From Patescibacteria group bacterium (GTDB taxonomy: Bacteria; Patescibacteriota; Kazan-3B-28; UBA10110), in assembly GCA_041659905.1 (NCBI GenBank), contig JBAZXK010000002.1, forward strand, positions 128,593 to 192,592: 64,000 nt of DNA. The letters are read 5' to 3'. Of this stretch, positions 38,572 through 48,573 are shown in pieces (the first letter of the stretch is position 1; the number at the start of each line of letters is the position of its first letter). The translations under genes were made by a program, and so were the position numbers. The notes beneath the pieces are model-generated. The model was not told the DNA's origin. It was given only the letters and a program-made list of their open reading frames with translations, and ran no database searches.

Positions 38572-40065
38572 ATGGCGATGGGGAGGGTATACACTATTTT
38601 GGCGTGTATCGGGTTTTTGGTGGGGGTAGCTGTCGGGAGTTGGTGGATGCTGCCGAATTGGGGCTTAGCGCTTTATTGCGGGGTCGGACTAGTGGCAATT
38701 AGTCTAATTTTTTATAAATATAGACGCTGGCTGGGGCCAGTTGTTTGGTTTTTACTGCTAGCTCTAGTAGGAAACTGGCGTTTAGGGACTGCCCAGGTTA
38801 TTTCAGCCACAGATATTAGTTATTATGCGGGACAAGTAGTTACCTTGCAGGGAATAATTATGGACGATCCTCAAGTGTCAGTCGATGAGACCAAGTTTAA
38901 TGTGCGAGTTAAATCGTTAGAAGGAGCGTCTAGCGTGTCCGGAAAGATATTGGTTAAAGCGCAACATTATCCAACTTATCAATACGGCAACCTAATCTCT
39001 TTAACCGGGCAGTTAAGCTTGCCCTCGGCCAATACCACTGATAGTTATGTTAAATATCTCGCCAAATCCGGCGTTTATGTAATCTGCAGTTATCCGGAAA
39101 TTACCGTAGTGCAAGATTTCGCTGGCAATAAAATATGGCGCTGGCTATATCAGGTTAAACATTATTTTTTACAGACGACTAATCAGATAATGCCGGAACC
39201 GACTGCTGGTCTTTTGGCTGGCTTACTGCTGGGTATCAGTGCAGCTTTACCTAAAAACTTATTGGAAAGTTTTAATACTACCGGCTTAACTCATATCATT
39301 GCCCTATCAGGTTTTAATATCAGCATTGTAGCTGGTGCGATTCTTAAATTATTGGGTTGGTTGCCGTTAAATTTCCGATTGATTACGGCCATGGTAGCAG
39401 TGTGGCTGTTTGTGTTGCTGACCGGAGCGGCTCCCTCGGCTGTGCGCGCAGCGCTGATGGGTATGTTGATCCTGCTGGCTAGTTTATTGGGGAGGTGGGC
39501 GGATGTGGCGGTGTCTTTGTGTCTTACGGCAGTGGCAATGGTAGCAATTAATCCCAAAATATTAGCTGACGATATTGGTTTTCAGTTATCATTTTTAGCC
39601 ACCGTTGGTATTATTTATCTAAGTCCGGTTTTAGAGAATTGGCTACGGCGTTGGCCGCATTATTTGGGCGGCTTGTTGAGCGCGACTTTATCAGCCTTAG
39701 TCTTGGTGACACCAATTTTGATGATAAACTTTGGTCGCATCTCGTTGGTTGCGCCGTTGACTAATATATTAGTGGTGCCTTTGGTACCTCTCGCGATGTT
39801 GCTGGGGTTTTGGGCAGTTATCGGCGGCATGGTGCAGACTGATTTAGGATTGGTGTTGGGTTGGCTGGCATGGGTACCTCTAAAACTAGTGGCGGTTTTG
39901 GCAGAATACTTTCGCACTCTGCCGGGAGCTAGTCTGGAAATAACAGTTTCCGGCGGCTGGTGGGTAGCTGTTTATTATTTAATACTGATTATAGGTTTAA
40001 TCATTTATTATGGTCAGAAAAAATCAGTTCCACTTAGGGCTGTTAGCCATCCTGATCCTCACTAA
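38572..40065 (+). CDS. comEC: ComEC/Rec2 competence membrane domain protein
   Basis: GLTHIIALSGFN, PSAVRAALM and GFQLSFLAT motifs. Confidence 0.93.
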   Translation: MAMGRVYTILACIGFLVGVAVGSWWMLPNWGLALYCGVGLVAISLIFYKYRRWLGPVVWFLLLALVGNWRLGTAQVISATDISYYAGQVVTLQGIIMDDPQVSVDETKFNVRVKSLEGASSVSGKILVKAQHYPTYQYGNLISLTGQLSLPSANTTDSYVKYLAKSGVYVICSYPEITVVQDFAGNKIWRWLYQVKHYFLQTTNQIMPEPTAGLLAGLLLGISAALPKNLLESFNTTGLTHIIALSGFNISIVAGAILKLLGWLPLNFRLITAMVAVWLFVLLTGAAPSAVRAALMGMLILLASLLGRWADVAVSLCLTAVAMVAINPKILADDIGFQLSFLATVGIIYLSPVLENWLRRWPHYLGGLLSATLSALVLVTPILMINFGRISLVAPLTNILVVPLVPLAMLLGFWAVIGGMVQTDLGLVLGWLAWVPLKLVAVLAEYFRTLPGASLEITVSGGWWVAVYYLILIIGLIIYYGQKKSVPLRAVSHPDPH

Positions 40066-40885
40066 CTATTTTGTTTGGGTGGCTGTGGGCGAAGCTGCTG
40101 CCCATAGTTTGCGGGTCTACTTTTTGAATGTTGGCCAGGGCGATGCTATTTTATTGCGCACTCCCACCGGCGAGGATATTTTAATTGACGGCGGACCCGA
40201 TGACAGTGTTTTAGCGGAGTTGGGCAAGATCTTGCCCGTGTGGGATACCACGCTAGACTTGGTGGTGGCAACTCATACCGATGCCGATCACATTACCGGC
40301 TTAGTTAGTGTTTTAAAGCGCTACCAAATCAAAGAAGTGCTAACACCACCACCCGGTAGATCCACTAGTATCAGTGCGGCCTGGCAACAGGCGATCATGC
40401 AAGGGCCAATAATCAATTATGTTGATGCAGCGGATGATTATCAGTGGGGAGATGTGAGTTGGGATACGCTACTGCCGCTGTCCAGTATCGATATAGTTAG
40501 TACGGACACTAATAATACTTCCATTGTGGCTAAACTCACCTATGAAAGTAATAGTTTGCTACTGACTGGCGATATGGAAGCGCCCGCAGAAAGCTTGTTT
40601 ATGCAGATTTATCCCGCTCTGTCAGCTGAAATATTAAAAGTGGCTCATCATGGCAGTAAAAATTCATCCAACACCTTGTGGTTACAGATGATTAATCCAG
40701 AAATAGCAGTAATCTCGGTAGGTAAAAATTCTTATGGCCATCCCAGTCCGGATACGCTAGGGCGATTGCAGGCAGTGGGGGCAGATATCTATCGGACGGA
40801 TCAGAATGGTACAATTGAGATGATTTTTACAGATAACGGTTACTCCGTTAAAGCCAATGGACAGAAAAAATTTTATCAAAACTGA
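40010..40885 (+). CDS. ComEC-type metallo-beta-lactamase domain protein (split C-terminal half)
   Basis: NVGQGDA, THTDADH, LLTGD, KVAHHGS, YGHP and RTDQNG motifs. Confidence 0.92.
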   Translation: MVRKNQFHLGLLAILILTNYFVWVAVGEAAAHSLRVYFLNVGQGDAILLRTPTGEDILIDGGPDDSVLAELGKILPVWDTTLDLVVATHTDADHITGLVSVLKRYQIKEVLTPPPGRSTSISAAWQQAIMQGPIINYVDAADDYQWGDVSWDTLLPLSSIDIVSTDTNNTSIVAKLTYESNSLLLTGDMEAPAESLFMQIYPALSAEILKVAHHGSKNSSNTLWLQMINPEIAVISVGKNSYGHPSPDTLGRLQAVGADIYRTDQNGTIEMIFTDNGYSVKANGQKKFYQN

Positions 40886-41165
40886 AGAAGATTTTACCTG
40901 CGAAAATTGCGGGTATCAGGTTAAGGGCAGTGGTTTTACCAACCATTGTCCTAAATGCTTATATAGTAAACACGTGGACAATGTGCCGGGTGATCGGTTG
41001 AATGCTTGTGGTGGCTTGATGGCACCGACGCGGGCTGAGCTCAAGAGCGGCGATTACGACATTATCCATAAATGCCTGAAGTGCGGTGCACTCAAAACTA
41101 ATAAAATGTCAGCGGATGATGATTTTGACCAAATTATAAAATTGAGCACTAGCTTCCTTGTTTAA
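40857..41165 (+). CDS. RNHCP-domain zinc-binding protein
   Basis: FTCENCG, TNHCPKCLYSKHVD, CGGLM and HKCLKCG motifs. Confidence 0.9.
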   Translation: MDRKNFIKTEEDFTCENCGYQVKGSGFTNHCPKCLYSKHVDNVPGDRLNACGGLMAPTRAELKSGDYDIIHKCLKCGALKTNKMSADDDFDQIIKLSTSFLV

Positions 41166-42180
41166 ATTAATTGCTGTATCTTGGCTGCAATTTCTCTCCC
41201 CTCTTTTGCTGGCGGCGATTTTGAGTTGGGGGTTACTTGCCGGAATAAAATATTTAACAACGAAATATCAGTGGTGGGGGCACCAGAGTGCTCATCATGA
41301 TGCGCGTCAAATCACACGCTTGGGCGGCATCGCGGTTTGGTTGACTTTTTTGATCGTGTTTTTAGGGTTTGTCGACCTTACTCCTCCGCGCTTGGCATTA
41401 CTAGTCGGGATGACACTACTATTTTTAATGGGGCTGGTTGATGACATCTACAATCTTTCACCGATTACTAAATTGATTTGGCAAATCGGAGCAGTGGCGA
41501 TCGCGGTCGGTTTGGGACTACATATTGGGCAAGTGACTAATCCTTTCGGTGGAGTAATTGTTTTATCTCCCATCTGGGATTATTTATTAAGTGGGTTTTG
41601 GTTACTCATCGTAGTGAATGCTGTGAATATGTTAGATGGCCTGGATGGTCTGTCCGCGGGAGCTACTAGTATTTTTTCGATTATCATTTTCTTCTTAAGT
41701 CTCTTTGTAATTGTTAATCAGCCGACGACTGCTACGATGGCAGTAATTCTTTTAGGCACGATGCTGGGTTATTTGTGGTGGAATTGGCATCCCGCTAAAA
41801 TCTTTTATGGTGATGCCGGCAGCAACATGGTGGGATTTATCATGGGGGCCTTAGCCATTGTGAGCGGTGGGAAGATTGCTACAGCTGCCTTAGTGTTGGG
41901 ATTCCCGATTATGGATCTGCTGTGGGCAGCGTTCCGCCGGATAAAACAAGGCCGATCTCCTTTTGCGGCCGACCGCGAACATCTCCATCATCGTTTGCTG
42001 GATGCGGGAGTGCCTCACCAGAGTGCTGTGGTGATCATTTTAGCACTAGTAGCTCTGTTCGGGGTGGTTTCATTGCTATCGGGCACTTGGGCTAAACTGA
42101 TCGCTCTTTTTGGGGTAGCTTTGCTAATGATTATCCTCGTCAGGACTGTATTTTTCTTGCAAAGGAGAAAAAGCCATTGA
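41158..42180 (+). CDS. MraY/WecA-family undecaprenyl-phosphate sugar-1-phosphate transferase
   Basis: LGGIA, GLVDD, NAVNMLDGLDGL, PAKIFYGDAG and DREHLHH motifs (WecA/TagO-like). Confidence 0.92.
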   Translation: MFKLIAVSWLQFLSPLLLAAILSWGLLAGIKYLTTKYQWWGHQSAHHDARQITRLGGIAVWLTFLIVFLGFVDLTPPRLALLVGMTLLFLMGLVDDIYNLSPITKLIWQIGAVAIAVGLGLHIGQVTNPFGGVIVLSPIWDYLLSGFWLLIVVNAVNMLDGLDGLSAGATSIFSIIIFFLSLFVIVNQPTTATMAVILLGTMLGYLWWNWHPAKIFYGDAGSNMVGFIMGALAIVSGGKIATAALVLGFPIMDLLWAAFRRIKQGRSPFAADREHLHHRLLDAGVPHQSAVVIILALVALFGVVSLLSGTWAKLIALFGVALLMIILVRTVFFLQRRKSH

Positions 42181-42251
42181 CAAAACTCTCTCCTTGAGTT
42201 ACAATGATATAATTTGCTGAATGTCGTTGTAACATTAAAACAAAAACCAAC

Positions 42252-42617
42252 ATGAATGATCAGCAATTCGAAAAATTAGTCGCCAATCTACAGGATGTGA
42301 TGCGTTGCCCTAATTGTTCTTCGGGGTATTTTCTGGACGACATCCATTATTTAGGCCAGATGGAAACTATGACCTTTCTACACCTGCGTTGCCATAAGTG
42401 CGGTACTCCTGTTTTTGCGAGTGTGGCTGTAGCGGCCGGTGATGGCACTATCCTAGAATCTGACTTTATTGATAATCAGGTAATTAAGACGCGCAAGCTG
42501 GCGATTGAGGAAAAACCTCAGATTTTTCGGTCCATTACCCATGATGATGTGATCGATATTCATGAGGCTCTCGGCAAGGCGGTGGATGATTGGGACAAAT
42601 TCTTGCAAGTGCGCTAA
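42252..42617 (+). CDS. Conserved-looking zinc-ribbon hypothetical protein
   Basis: CPNC..CHKC and ITHDDVIDIH; promoter TTGACA-17-TACAAT at 42177-42205. Confidence 0.75.
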   Translation: MNDQQFEKLVANLQDVMRCPNCSSGYFLDDIHYLGQMETMTFLHLRCHKCGTPVFASVAVAAGDGTILESDFIDNQVIKTRKLAIEEKPQIFRSITHDDVIDIHEALGKAVDDWDKFLQVR

Positions 42618-42701
42618 AAGCTAATTTTTAACCTCTGAACTAGAAAACCTTGCTTTGGCAGGGTTTTTTGGATATATTGGCAGGGTTAACGATAAGCGAG
42701 A

Positions 42702-43385
42702 ATGAATAAACCAGCCGAAAAACTCGAACTCTCAGCCGAAATTAGGGATACCAGTATCTCCCCTAAAGCTTTCCGGACCCAAGGCAAGGTGCCGGGAGTA
42801 GCTTATGGCAAAGACGTTGTCCCCACTCCCCTGGCAGTCAAGCTGCTTGATTTTAAGAAAATTTATCGGAGTGCGGGTGAAACCACTATTATCAATTTAA
42901 AATTAGGCGATGCCTTGCCTAAAATGGTATTGATCAAAGATGTGCAGTTGAGTCCCGATCAAGACGAATATTTAAATATTGATTTTTTGCAAATCAAAGT
43001 AGGTGAGAAGTTGCGGGTGACGGTGCCATTGAAATTTGAGAACGAAGCTCCGGCGGTAAAAGATTTTGGCGGAATTCTAATCACTAATAAAAATGAAGTG
43101 GAAGTAGAGTGTATGCCGCAAGATCTTCCGCATGAAATTATTGTGGACCTAACTAAGTTGGCTAATGTTGACGACAGCATTCTAGTTAAAGATTTACATG
43201 TTAACGCTGGCGTAGAGCTGTTAGATCAGCCAGAGGATTCTATTATTATGGTGGCGCCACCAGCAGCTGAAGAGGTAGAGCCGGTCGTATCAGAGGCAGA
43301 AGCCGTGGCGGCAGTGGAGGCTACTGGAGAAAAAACAGAATCAGCCGAAGGAGAAACCACTAAAGAAGAGAAAAAATCAGAATAA
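42702..43385 (+). CDS. rplY: 50S ribosomal protein L25/CTC
   Basis: VPGVAYG, IDF, VPLKF and LPHEIIVD motifs, acidic tail. Confidence 0.93.
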   Translation: MNKPAEKLELSAEIRDTSISPKAFRTQGKVPGVAYGKDVVPTPLAVKLLDFKKIYRSAGETTIINLKLGDALPKMVLIKDVQLSPDQDEYLNIDFLQIKVGEKLRVTVPLKFENEAPAVKDFGGILITNKNEVEVECMPQDLPHEIIVDLTKLANVDDSILVKDLHVNAGVELLDQPEDSIIMVAPPAAEEVEPVVSEAEAVAAVEATGEKTESAEGETTKEEKKSE

Positions 43386-43483
43386 TTCGTTCAAAATTAT
43401 TAAAACAATTAATTTAACAGAAACTTTCATCATCACGGTGAAAGTTTTTAAATAATTTTTTTTGTTTACAAGTTATTTAATAA

Positions 43484-43508
43484 GATTCTAGGCTAAGTCA
43501 GAATGACA
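43484..43508. repeat. GTCA-type REP-like singlet
   Basis: GATTCTAGGCTAAGTCAGAATGACA. Confidence 0.5.
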
Positions 43509-43645
43509 AAGCAAAGAAAACTTTGTCAATTTTTGAAAATGTTGACAATAACTATTGTATTTGATTAGTAAAGTATTTATAATTTAAGTTGTTGTTGTAA
43601 ATGCAACACAAAAGAATAATATTAATAACCCAAGGAGGGTAGACA

Positions 43646-43750
43646 ATGCCTGCAAAGAAAAAGCGCAAAGTCGCAAAGAAAGCTGCTCCAAAGAAAAAGA
43701 AGGCAGCTCCCAAAAAGAAGAAGGCCGTCCGTCGCAAAAAGAGAAAGTAA
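43646..43750 (+). CDS. 34-aa lysine-rich histone-H1-like peptide (missing from the ORF track)
   Basis: AAGGAGGG RBS; MPAKKKRKVAKKAAPKKKKAAPKKKKAVRRKKRK; hairpin at 43771-43800. Confidence 0.8.
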   Translation: MPAKKKRKVAKKAAPKKKKAAPKKKKAVRRKKRK

Positions 43751-43770
43751 AAAGATTCACTAAGAATCGT

Positions 43771-43800
43771 TAAAGAACACTCAGTAATGAGTGTTCTTTA
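43771..43800 (+). terminator. Hairpin after the basic peptide gene
   Basis: TAAAGAACACTCA-GTAA-TGAGTGTTCTTTA. Confidence 0.7.
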
Positions 43801-43886
43801 GTAGAAATAAAAATTACACTGCCAAAGCGGAATTTTTTATAATATGATAGAGGTAGTACAGTTTATTAATAGGTTATCTACGGAAA

Positions 43887-45647
43887 ATGGATTACCCAAC
43901 CGTCCGGAAAAATTTTATTCAGTTTTTTGTCGATAAACAGCATCAATTAGTGCCTTCGGCTGCGTTAATTCCTGAGCATGATGCCTCAGTTTTATTCACC
44001 ACTGCGGGGATGCAACAATTTAAACCGTACTACACGGGTGTTCCCTCTCCATATGGAGAGGGAGTAGTTAGTATTCAAAAATGTTTTCGGACTGCTGACA
44101 TTAACGAAGTGGGTGATGAATCACATCTGACTTTTTTCGAAATGCTAGGCAATTTTGCTTTTAATGGTTCAGTCAGCAAGCGAGAGGCGATTAATTGGGG
44201 CTGGGAATTTTTGACTTCTCCTGATGGGATGGGCATTGATAAGGCTCGGCTGTCAGCCACCTACTATAACGGCAATCGTTCCGGGACTTTTCCGGATAAT
44301 GAAGCTAAAGAAGTTCTAGAATCATTACGAGTTGATGGATTAAATCAGATTACAGCGCAGCCGGATACAGATAATTTCTGGGGACCGACTGGCAACGAAG
44401 GTCCTTGCGGTCCGACCGTAGAATTTTATGTGGATGGAGTAGAAATCTGGAATATCGTCTTCAATGAATTCTATTATCAGGAAGCCACTGGTTTGCGACC
44501 ACCAACCAGCGGTTTAGGCATTGATACAGGCATGGGGCTAGAGAGATTATTGGTGGCCGTTAATCCGGAAACAAGTAATGTTTACGAAACCGACGCTTTT
44601 ACTGATATCATTACTAAAATCCAAGATCATACTCCCGATATTGATATCGGAGCTGACCGCTCTATGCGCATCATTGCTGATCATCTGCGGGCCAGTGTTT
44701 TTTTGCTAGCCGACCATGTTCAACCCAGCAATAAAGAGCAGGGGTACTTGTTGCGGCGGATTTTACGCCGAGCTATTTTACATTTAGATCGACTAGAAGC
44801 TTTGGCCGGTTTCCGAGAAATTATTGAAACCATTATTAATTATTACGGAGAATTTTATCCTGAATTAGTTGCTGATAAGGATAATATTGTGCAATTTGCT
44901 GAATTAGAAAGAGACAAGTTCCTAAAAACCATCACTCAGGGTCGGAAAGAATTAGTTAAGCTCTTGAGTTCTGCTGACACTACCATTTCGGGTCTAGCCG
45001 CATTCGATTTATTCGCTACGTATGGGTTACCGCTGGACTTTATTAAAGAAGAATCTCTCCAAGCCGGCAAAGACATAGATGAGGTTGGTTTTGAACAAGC
45101 CTTTAAAGAGCACCAGAACGTGTCTCGGGCCGGGGTAGAACAAAAATTTGGCGGTCATGGTCTGTCTTCTGGCGCAGAGGTGAGCGAGACTGATAAACAG
45201 ATCATTACGCGTTATCACACAGCTACCCATCTCTTGCATGCTGCTCTGATGAAATTCTTAGGCAATGAAGTTAAACAAGCCGGGTCTGATTTAAATACCG
45301 AACGAGCCCGATTTGATTTTACTTTTCCGCGTCCTCTCACTTCTGCAGAAAAACAACAGATAGAAGATTGGGTCAACCAACAGATTACGCAAGATCTGGT
45401 CGTGAAAAAAGAGGTTAAGCCTCTTGCGGAAGCCTTGGCGGAAGGAGCCACTGCCTTCTTCCGAGAAAAATATCCGGATCCAGTGAATGTCTACACTATA
45501 TATAATGAGAATAGCGGTGAAGTGATTTCTAAGGAATTATGCGGAGGGCCGCATGTAGAAAATACTTCCGCAATCGGCAAGTTTAAAATTATCAAAGAGC
45601 AGAGCAGTTCAGCGGGAGTGCGCCGAATTAGAGCTGTGATCGATTAA
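43887..45647 (+). CDS. alaS: Alanine--tRNA ligase (short form without C-Ala domain)
   Basis: LFTTAGMQQFK, HLTFFEMLGN, IDTGMGLER, HTATHLL and ELCGGPH motifs. Confidence 0.95.
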   Translation: MDYPTVRKNFIQFFVDKQHQLVPSAALIPEHDASVLFTTAGMQQFKPYYTGVPSPYGEGVVSIQKCFRTADINEVGDESHLTFFEMLGNFAFNGSVSKREAINWGWEFLTSPDGMGIDKARLSATYYNGNRSGTFPDNEAKEVLESLRVDGLNQITAQPDTDNFWGPTGNEGPCGPTVEFYVDGVEIWNIVFNEFYYQEATGLRPPTSGLGIDTGMGLERLLVAVNPETSNVYETDAFTDIITKIQDHTPDIDIGADRSMRIIADHLRASVFLLADHVQPSNKEQGYLLRRILRRAILHLDRLEALAGFREIIETIINYYGEFYPELVADKDNIVQFAELERDKFLKTITQGRKELVKLLSSADTTISGLAAFDLFATYGLPLDFIKEESLQAGKDIDEVGFEQAFKEHQNVSRAGVEQKFGGHGLSSGAEVSETDKQIITRYHTATHLLHAALMKFLGNEVKQAGSDLNTERARFDFTFPRPLTSAEKQQIEDWVNQQITQDLVVKKEVKPLAEALAEGATAFFREKYPDPVNVYTIYNENSGEVISKELCGGPHVENTSAIGKFKIIKEQSSSAGVRRIRAVID

Positions 45648-45651
45648 ATTT

Positions 45652-46905
45652 ATGGCGTTTTTTTCCGTAAATAAAGCGAAAAAAAGCCGGGGGGAAGCTT
45701 ACATTGCCGTTGATTTAGGCACAGAGGCTGTTAAATCCCTAGTTTTTGAAAGAAGAGAGCAGCAATGCTCCATTTTGGGTAAAGGTAGGGCGTTTCATCC
45801 AGGCGGGATTATGCGGGGAGGCATGGTGATCAATATCTCGGAAGCGGTGCCCAGTTTGCGGCAAGCAGTTGAGGCCGCCTGTGCTCAGGCCGATATCCAA
45901 CCCAAAAATCTAGTCATGAGCTTATCGGGAGATTTAGTTAAAAGCCTAGTCACGACAGTGCATTATCATCGAGCCCGACCAGATGCCCATATTGATAGCA
46001 ATGAATTAAAAAATATTCTTTATAAAGCCCAATGGAAGGCGTTTGAGCAAATTCGCAGCTTAGTGGCTAAAGAACAAAAAGAATCGGATCTGGGATTTAA
46101 GTTAATCAATACCACCATTGTGGATACGCGCATTGATGGTTATAAGGTAAGCAATCCCTTAAATTTTCAAGGGAGCATGATCACCCTCAGTATTTTTAAT
46201 GCCTTTGCTCCTTTGGTGCATCTGGGAGCTCTCCAGGCCTTAGCTGATGAATTAGGTTTAAATTTAGTCAGTGTGGCGGCTGGCCCCTATGCTTTAACTA
46301 AGAGTTTGTTGGTCGATAATCCAGAATTCAGTGCGGTATTTATTGATATGGGAGCCTATTTGACCGATGTAGCCGTGGTCAGCGAAGGTGGTATTTTTGG
46401 CATGCAAAATTTTGCTTTGGGCAGTAATGCTTTCAGTAAAAACATAGCTACTAGCCTAAAAGTTACTCCCGATAAGGCCGAGCAAATTAAAATTGATTAT
46501 AGTAGCGGATTGATCGATAAACGCTCAGAAAACAAATTGCATCGGATCTGCAAAGAAACGGCGGCACTGTGGGTGCAAGGTGTAGCGGAAAGTTTGGACG
46601 AATTCAGTCATCTCGATATTTTGCCTAATAAAATTTTTTTGGCGGGAGGAGGCGCTGTTTTACCGGAGATAAAACAGGCTTTGTTGATGAAAGCCTGGGC
46701 GGAACACTTGCCGTTTGCCAAGAAACCAGCTCCAGCTGTGATCGAGCCTACGGATATTCCTAATATAGTCCTACATAATCAAGTTACGATTGATTTAGGT
46801 GATATGGTAGTCTTGGGTCTGGCTAATTTAACTTTAGCCTTGCCAGGTAAAGAAGATGTGTTAGGAGATATGTTGCGGCGCTTAGTTGTTAATATGCAAG
46901 CCTAA
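45652..46905 (+). CDS. FtsA-like actin-fold ATPase
   Basis: AVDLGTEAVK, FIDMGAYLTDV and LAGGGAVLP actin-fold motifs; not in a dcw cluster. Confidence 0.8.
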   Translation: MAFFSVNKAKKSRGEAYIAVDLGTEAVKSLVFERREQQCSILGKGRAFHPGGIMRGGMVINISEAVPSLRQAVEAACAQADIQPKNLVMSLSGDLVKSLVTTVHYHRARPDAHIDSNELKNILYKAQWKAFEQIRSLVAKEQKESDLGFKLINTTIVDTRIDGYKVSNPLNFQGSMITLSIFNAFAPLVHLGALQALADELGLNLVSVAAGPYALTKSLLVDNPEFSAVFIDMGAYLTDVAVVSEGGIFGMQNFALGSNAFSKNIATSLKVTPDKAEQIKIDYSSGLIDKRSENKLHRICKETAALWVQGVAESLDEFSHLDILPNKIFLAGGGAVLPEIKQALLMKAWAEHLPFAKKPAPAVIEPTDIPNIVLHNQVTIDLGDMVVLGLANLTLALPGKEDVLGDMLRRLVVNMQA

Positions 46906-46910
46906 ATTAG

Positions 46911-48557
46911 ATGAAACGAAAAGCCATCTATCTTGATGCCAGTAATGATCTCTATACCACTATGATGAAAGTGGATCGAATCGATGCGGAAGAAGTGATC
47001 CTAGTGATTCCGCAAAGTTCAGTCTTATTTCACAGCGCGGTTAACTTTAAGATTTTACGGTCGGCGGCCCATCGTCTGCACAAAACTCTGGCCGTGGTGA
47101 CGGCTGATCCAAAGGGTCAGAGCTTGGCTCAACGGGCTGGTCTACCCGCCTACAAGGATGTGGAATTGAATGAGGAAATCGCAACGGCAGCGGTAACGGT
47201 TTCCTCTCCCCCGCTAGTTAATCCTGACGAATTACCAGTTGCGGCGCGGGAAATTAAAATTAAATACAAGCGTAAATTACCCGTGTCTCGGCCTGTGCCG
47301 CCACCGGTAGCCGTAATTACTACAGCGGCCGCAGCAACCAGATCTTCAGAGCGTGAAACTTCTCGTTGGTTGCGGCCTAAGCTAAAACCCAATTTTCTAC
47401 ATCGGCTAACCGTTTTAGGTTGGGTAGCCATCTCGCTGACAGTCTTAGGCTTCGTGATTTATTTAGTAATTCCTAAGGCTACGATTAATTTAGAGATCAG
47501 CGCCGAACCATTTATGCATAAATTCCAATTAGTCTTAGCTGACAAGAATGACAAAGAGGCTGCTGGACAAAATGTTTTTAAAGGGAGGTTTGTGGTTGTA
47601 GAAAAAAAACTTACTCAGACTTTTGCCGCTACTGGCACTAAGAATAATGGTAATAAAGCTGGCGGTATAGTTACGATCTACAACTATACTCGAGCAGTTA
47701 AACCTTTGGGTCTGCGAGCTCAAACTAGACTGCAAGCTCCGGATGGACAGATTTTTAAATTGCAGGACGAGATATTAATTTCCTCAGCCACTGTAGGTGC
47801 TGGTGGGAAGCTGGTTCCGGGTCGAGCTAACGTGAGAGTAGAAGCGGCCGAAGGTGGCACCCAGGGCAATTTAGCGGCTGCCACCAAATTTACTATTCCG
47901 GGACTCGGGACGACCGGCGTAGATATGGTGTATGGCCAAAACGACAATCCCTTCTCGGGAGCCACGGATGAGGAATCAAAAATGATTTCGGAAGAAGATA
48001 TTAAACTAGCTCAAGATTCGATTAGTAAAAATGTCTTTATAGATGCGGAAGCGGAACTCCAAAAACAAATTGGCCGTAAAGAAGAGCTTATCCCAACGCT
48101 AATTAAAAACGATATCATTAACGTAGTTCCCTCGGCGGCAGCTGGCACTGCCCGCGACAATTTTGATTTAGATATCCAAGTGCGCAGTTGGACTCTGCTT
48201 CCTGATAAAGGCCAGTTAGATAAAATCATGCAAAACACCATTAACTCAGTAGTGCCTGCTAACCGCGAACTAACTTCTCCCACGCTCCGGGGAGTTAAAA
48301 TCGTGTTAGGGAATGCTGATTTTAATACTCACATTATTGATTTCACTGTGGATATTGATGGGTCGGTAGCGCCTAAAATTAGCACCGCGGAATTGTCCGA
48401 AAGTTTAGCTAATCGCAGCCTAAAAAGTGTAGAAGCCCTTTTCAATAGTATCCCAGATATTATTTCTCATCGGATAACTTTGTGGCCATTCTGGGTAAAA
48501 AAAATGCCTTTGTTGGAGAGCAATATTAAGATCGACTTCTCGTATATTAATCAGTAA
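46911..48557 (+). CDS. Single-TM protein with baseplate J/gp47-like extracellular region
   Basis: Cytoplasmic alpha/beta N-domain, TM near aa 165-187, then KAGGIVTIYN...VEAAEGGTQGN...FSGATD. Confidence 0.7.
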   Translation: MKRKAIYLDASNDLYTTMMKVDRIDAEEVILVIPQSSVLFHSAVNFKILRSAAHRLHKTLAVVTADPKGQSLAQRAGLPAYKDVELNEEIATAAVTVSSPPLVNPDELPVAAREIKIKYKRKLPVSRPVPPPVAVITTAAAATRSSERETSRWLRPKLKPNFLHRLTVLGWVAISLTVLGFVIYLVIPKATINLEISAEPFMHKFQLVLADKNDKEAAGQNVFKGRFVVVEKKLTQTFAATGTKNNGNKAGGIVTIYNYTRAVKPLGLRAQTRLQAPDGQIFKLQDEILISSATVGAGGKLVPGRANVRVEAAEGGTQGNLAAATKFTIPGLGTTGVDMVYGQNDNPFSGATDEESKMISEEDIKLAQDSISKNVFIDAEAELQKQIGRKEELIPTLIKNDIINVVPSAAAGTARDNFDLDIQVRSWTLLPDKGQLDKIMQNTINSVVPANRELTSPTLRGVKIVLGNADFNTHIIDFTVDIDGSVAPKISTAELSESLANRSLKSVEALFNSIPDIISHRITLWPFWVKKMPLLESNIKIDFSYINQ

Positions 48558-48573
48558 TATTTTTTTGGAATAA

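Noticed and set aside
38572-40885. Split comEC as a frameshifted pseudogene
   Set aside because: Both ORFs are intact, and the second has its own ATG and N-terminal TM. Separate competence and MBL genes are a known arrangement.
43887-45647. Short alaS and metG (60254) as pseudogenes
   Set aside because: Catalytic motifs are intact; only dispensable C-terminal domains are absent.
46911-48557. Prophage suggested by the baseplate-J-like protein
   Set aside because: It is TM-anchored, lies among housekeeping genes, and has no terminase, capsid, tail or integrase neighbours.
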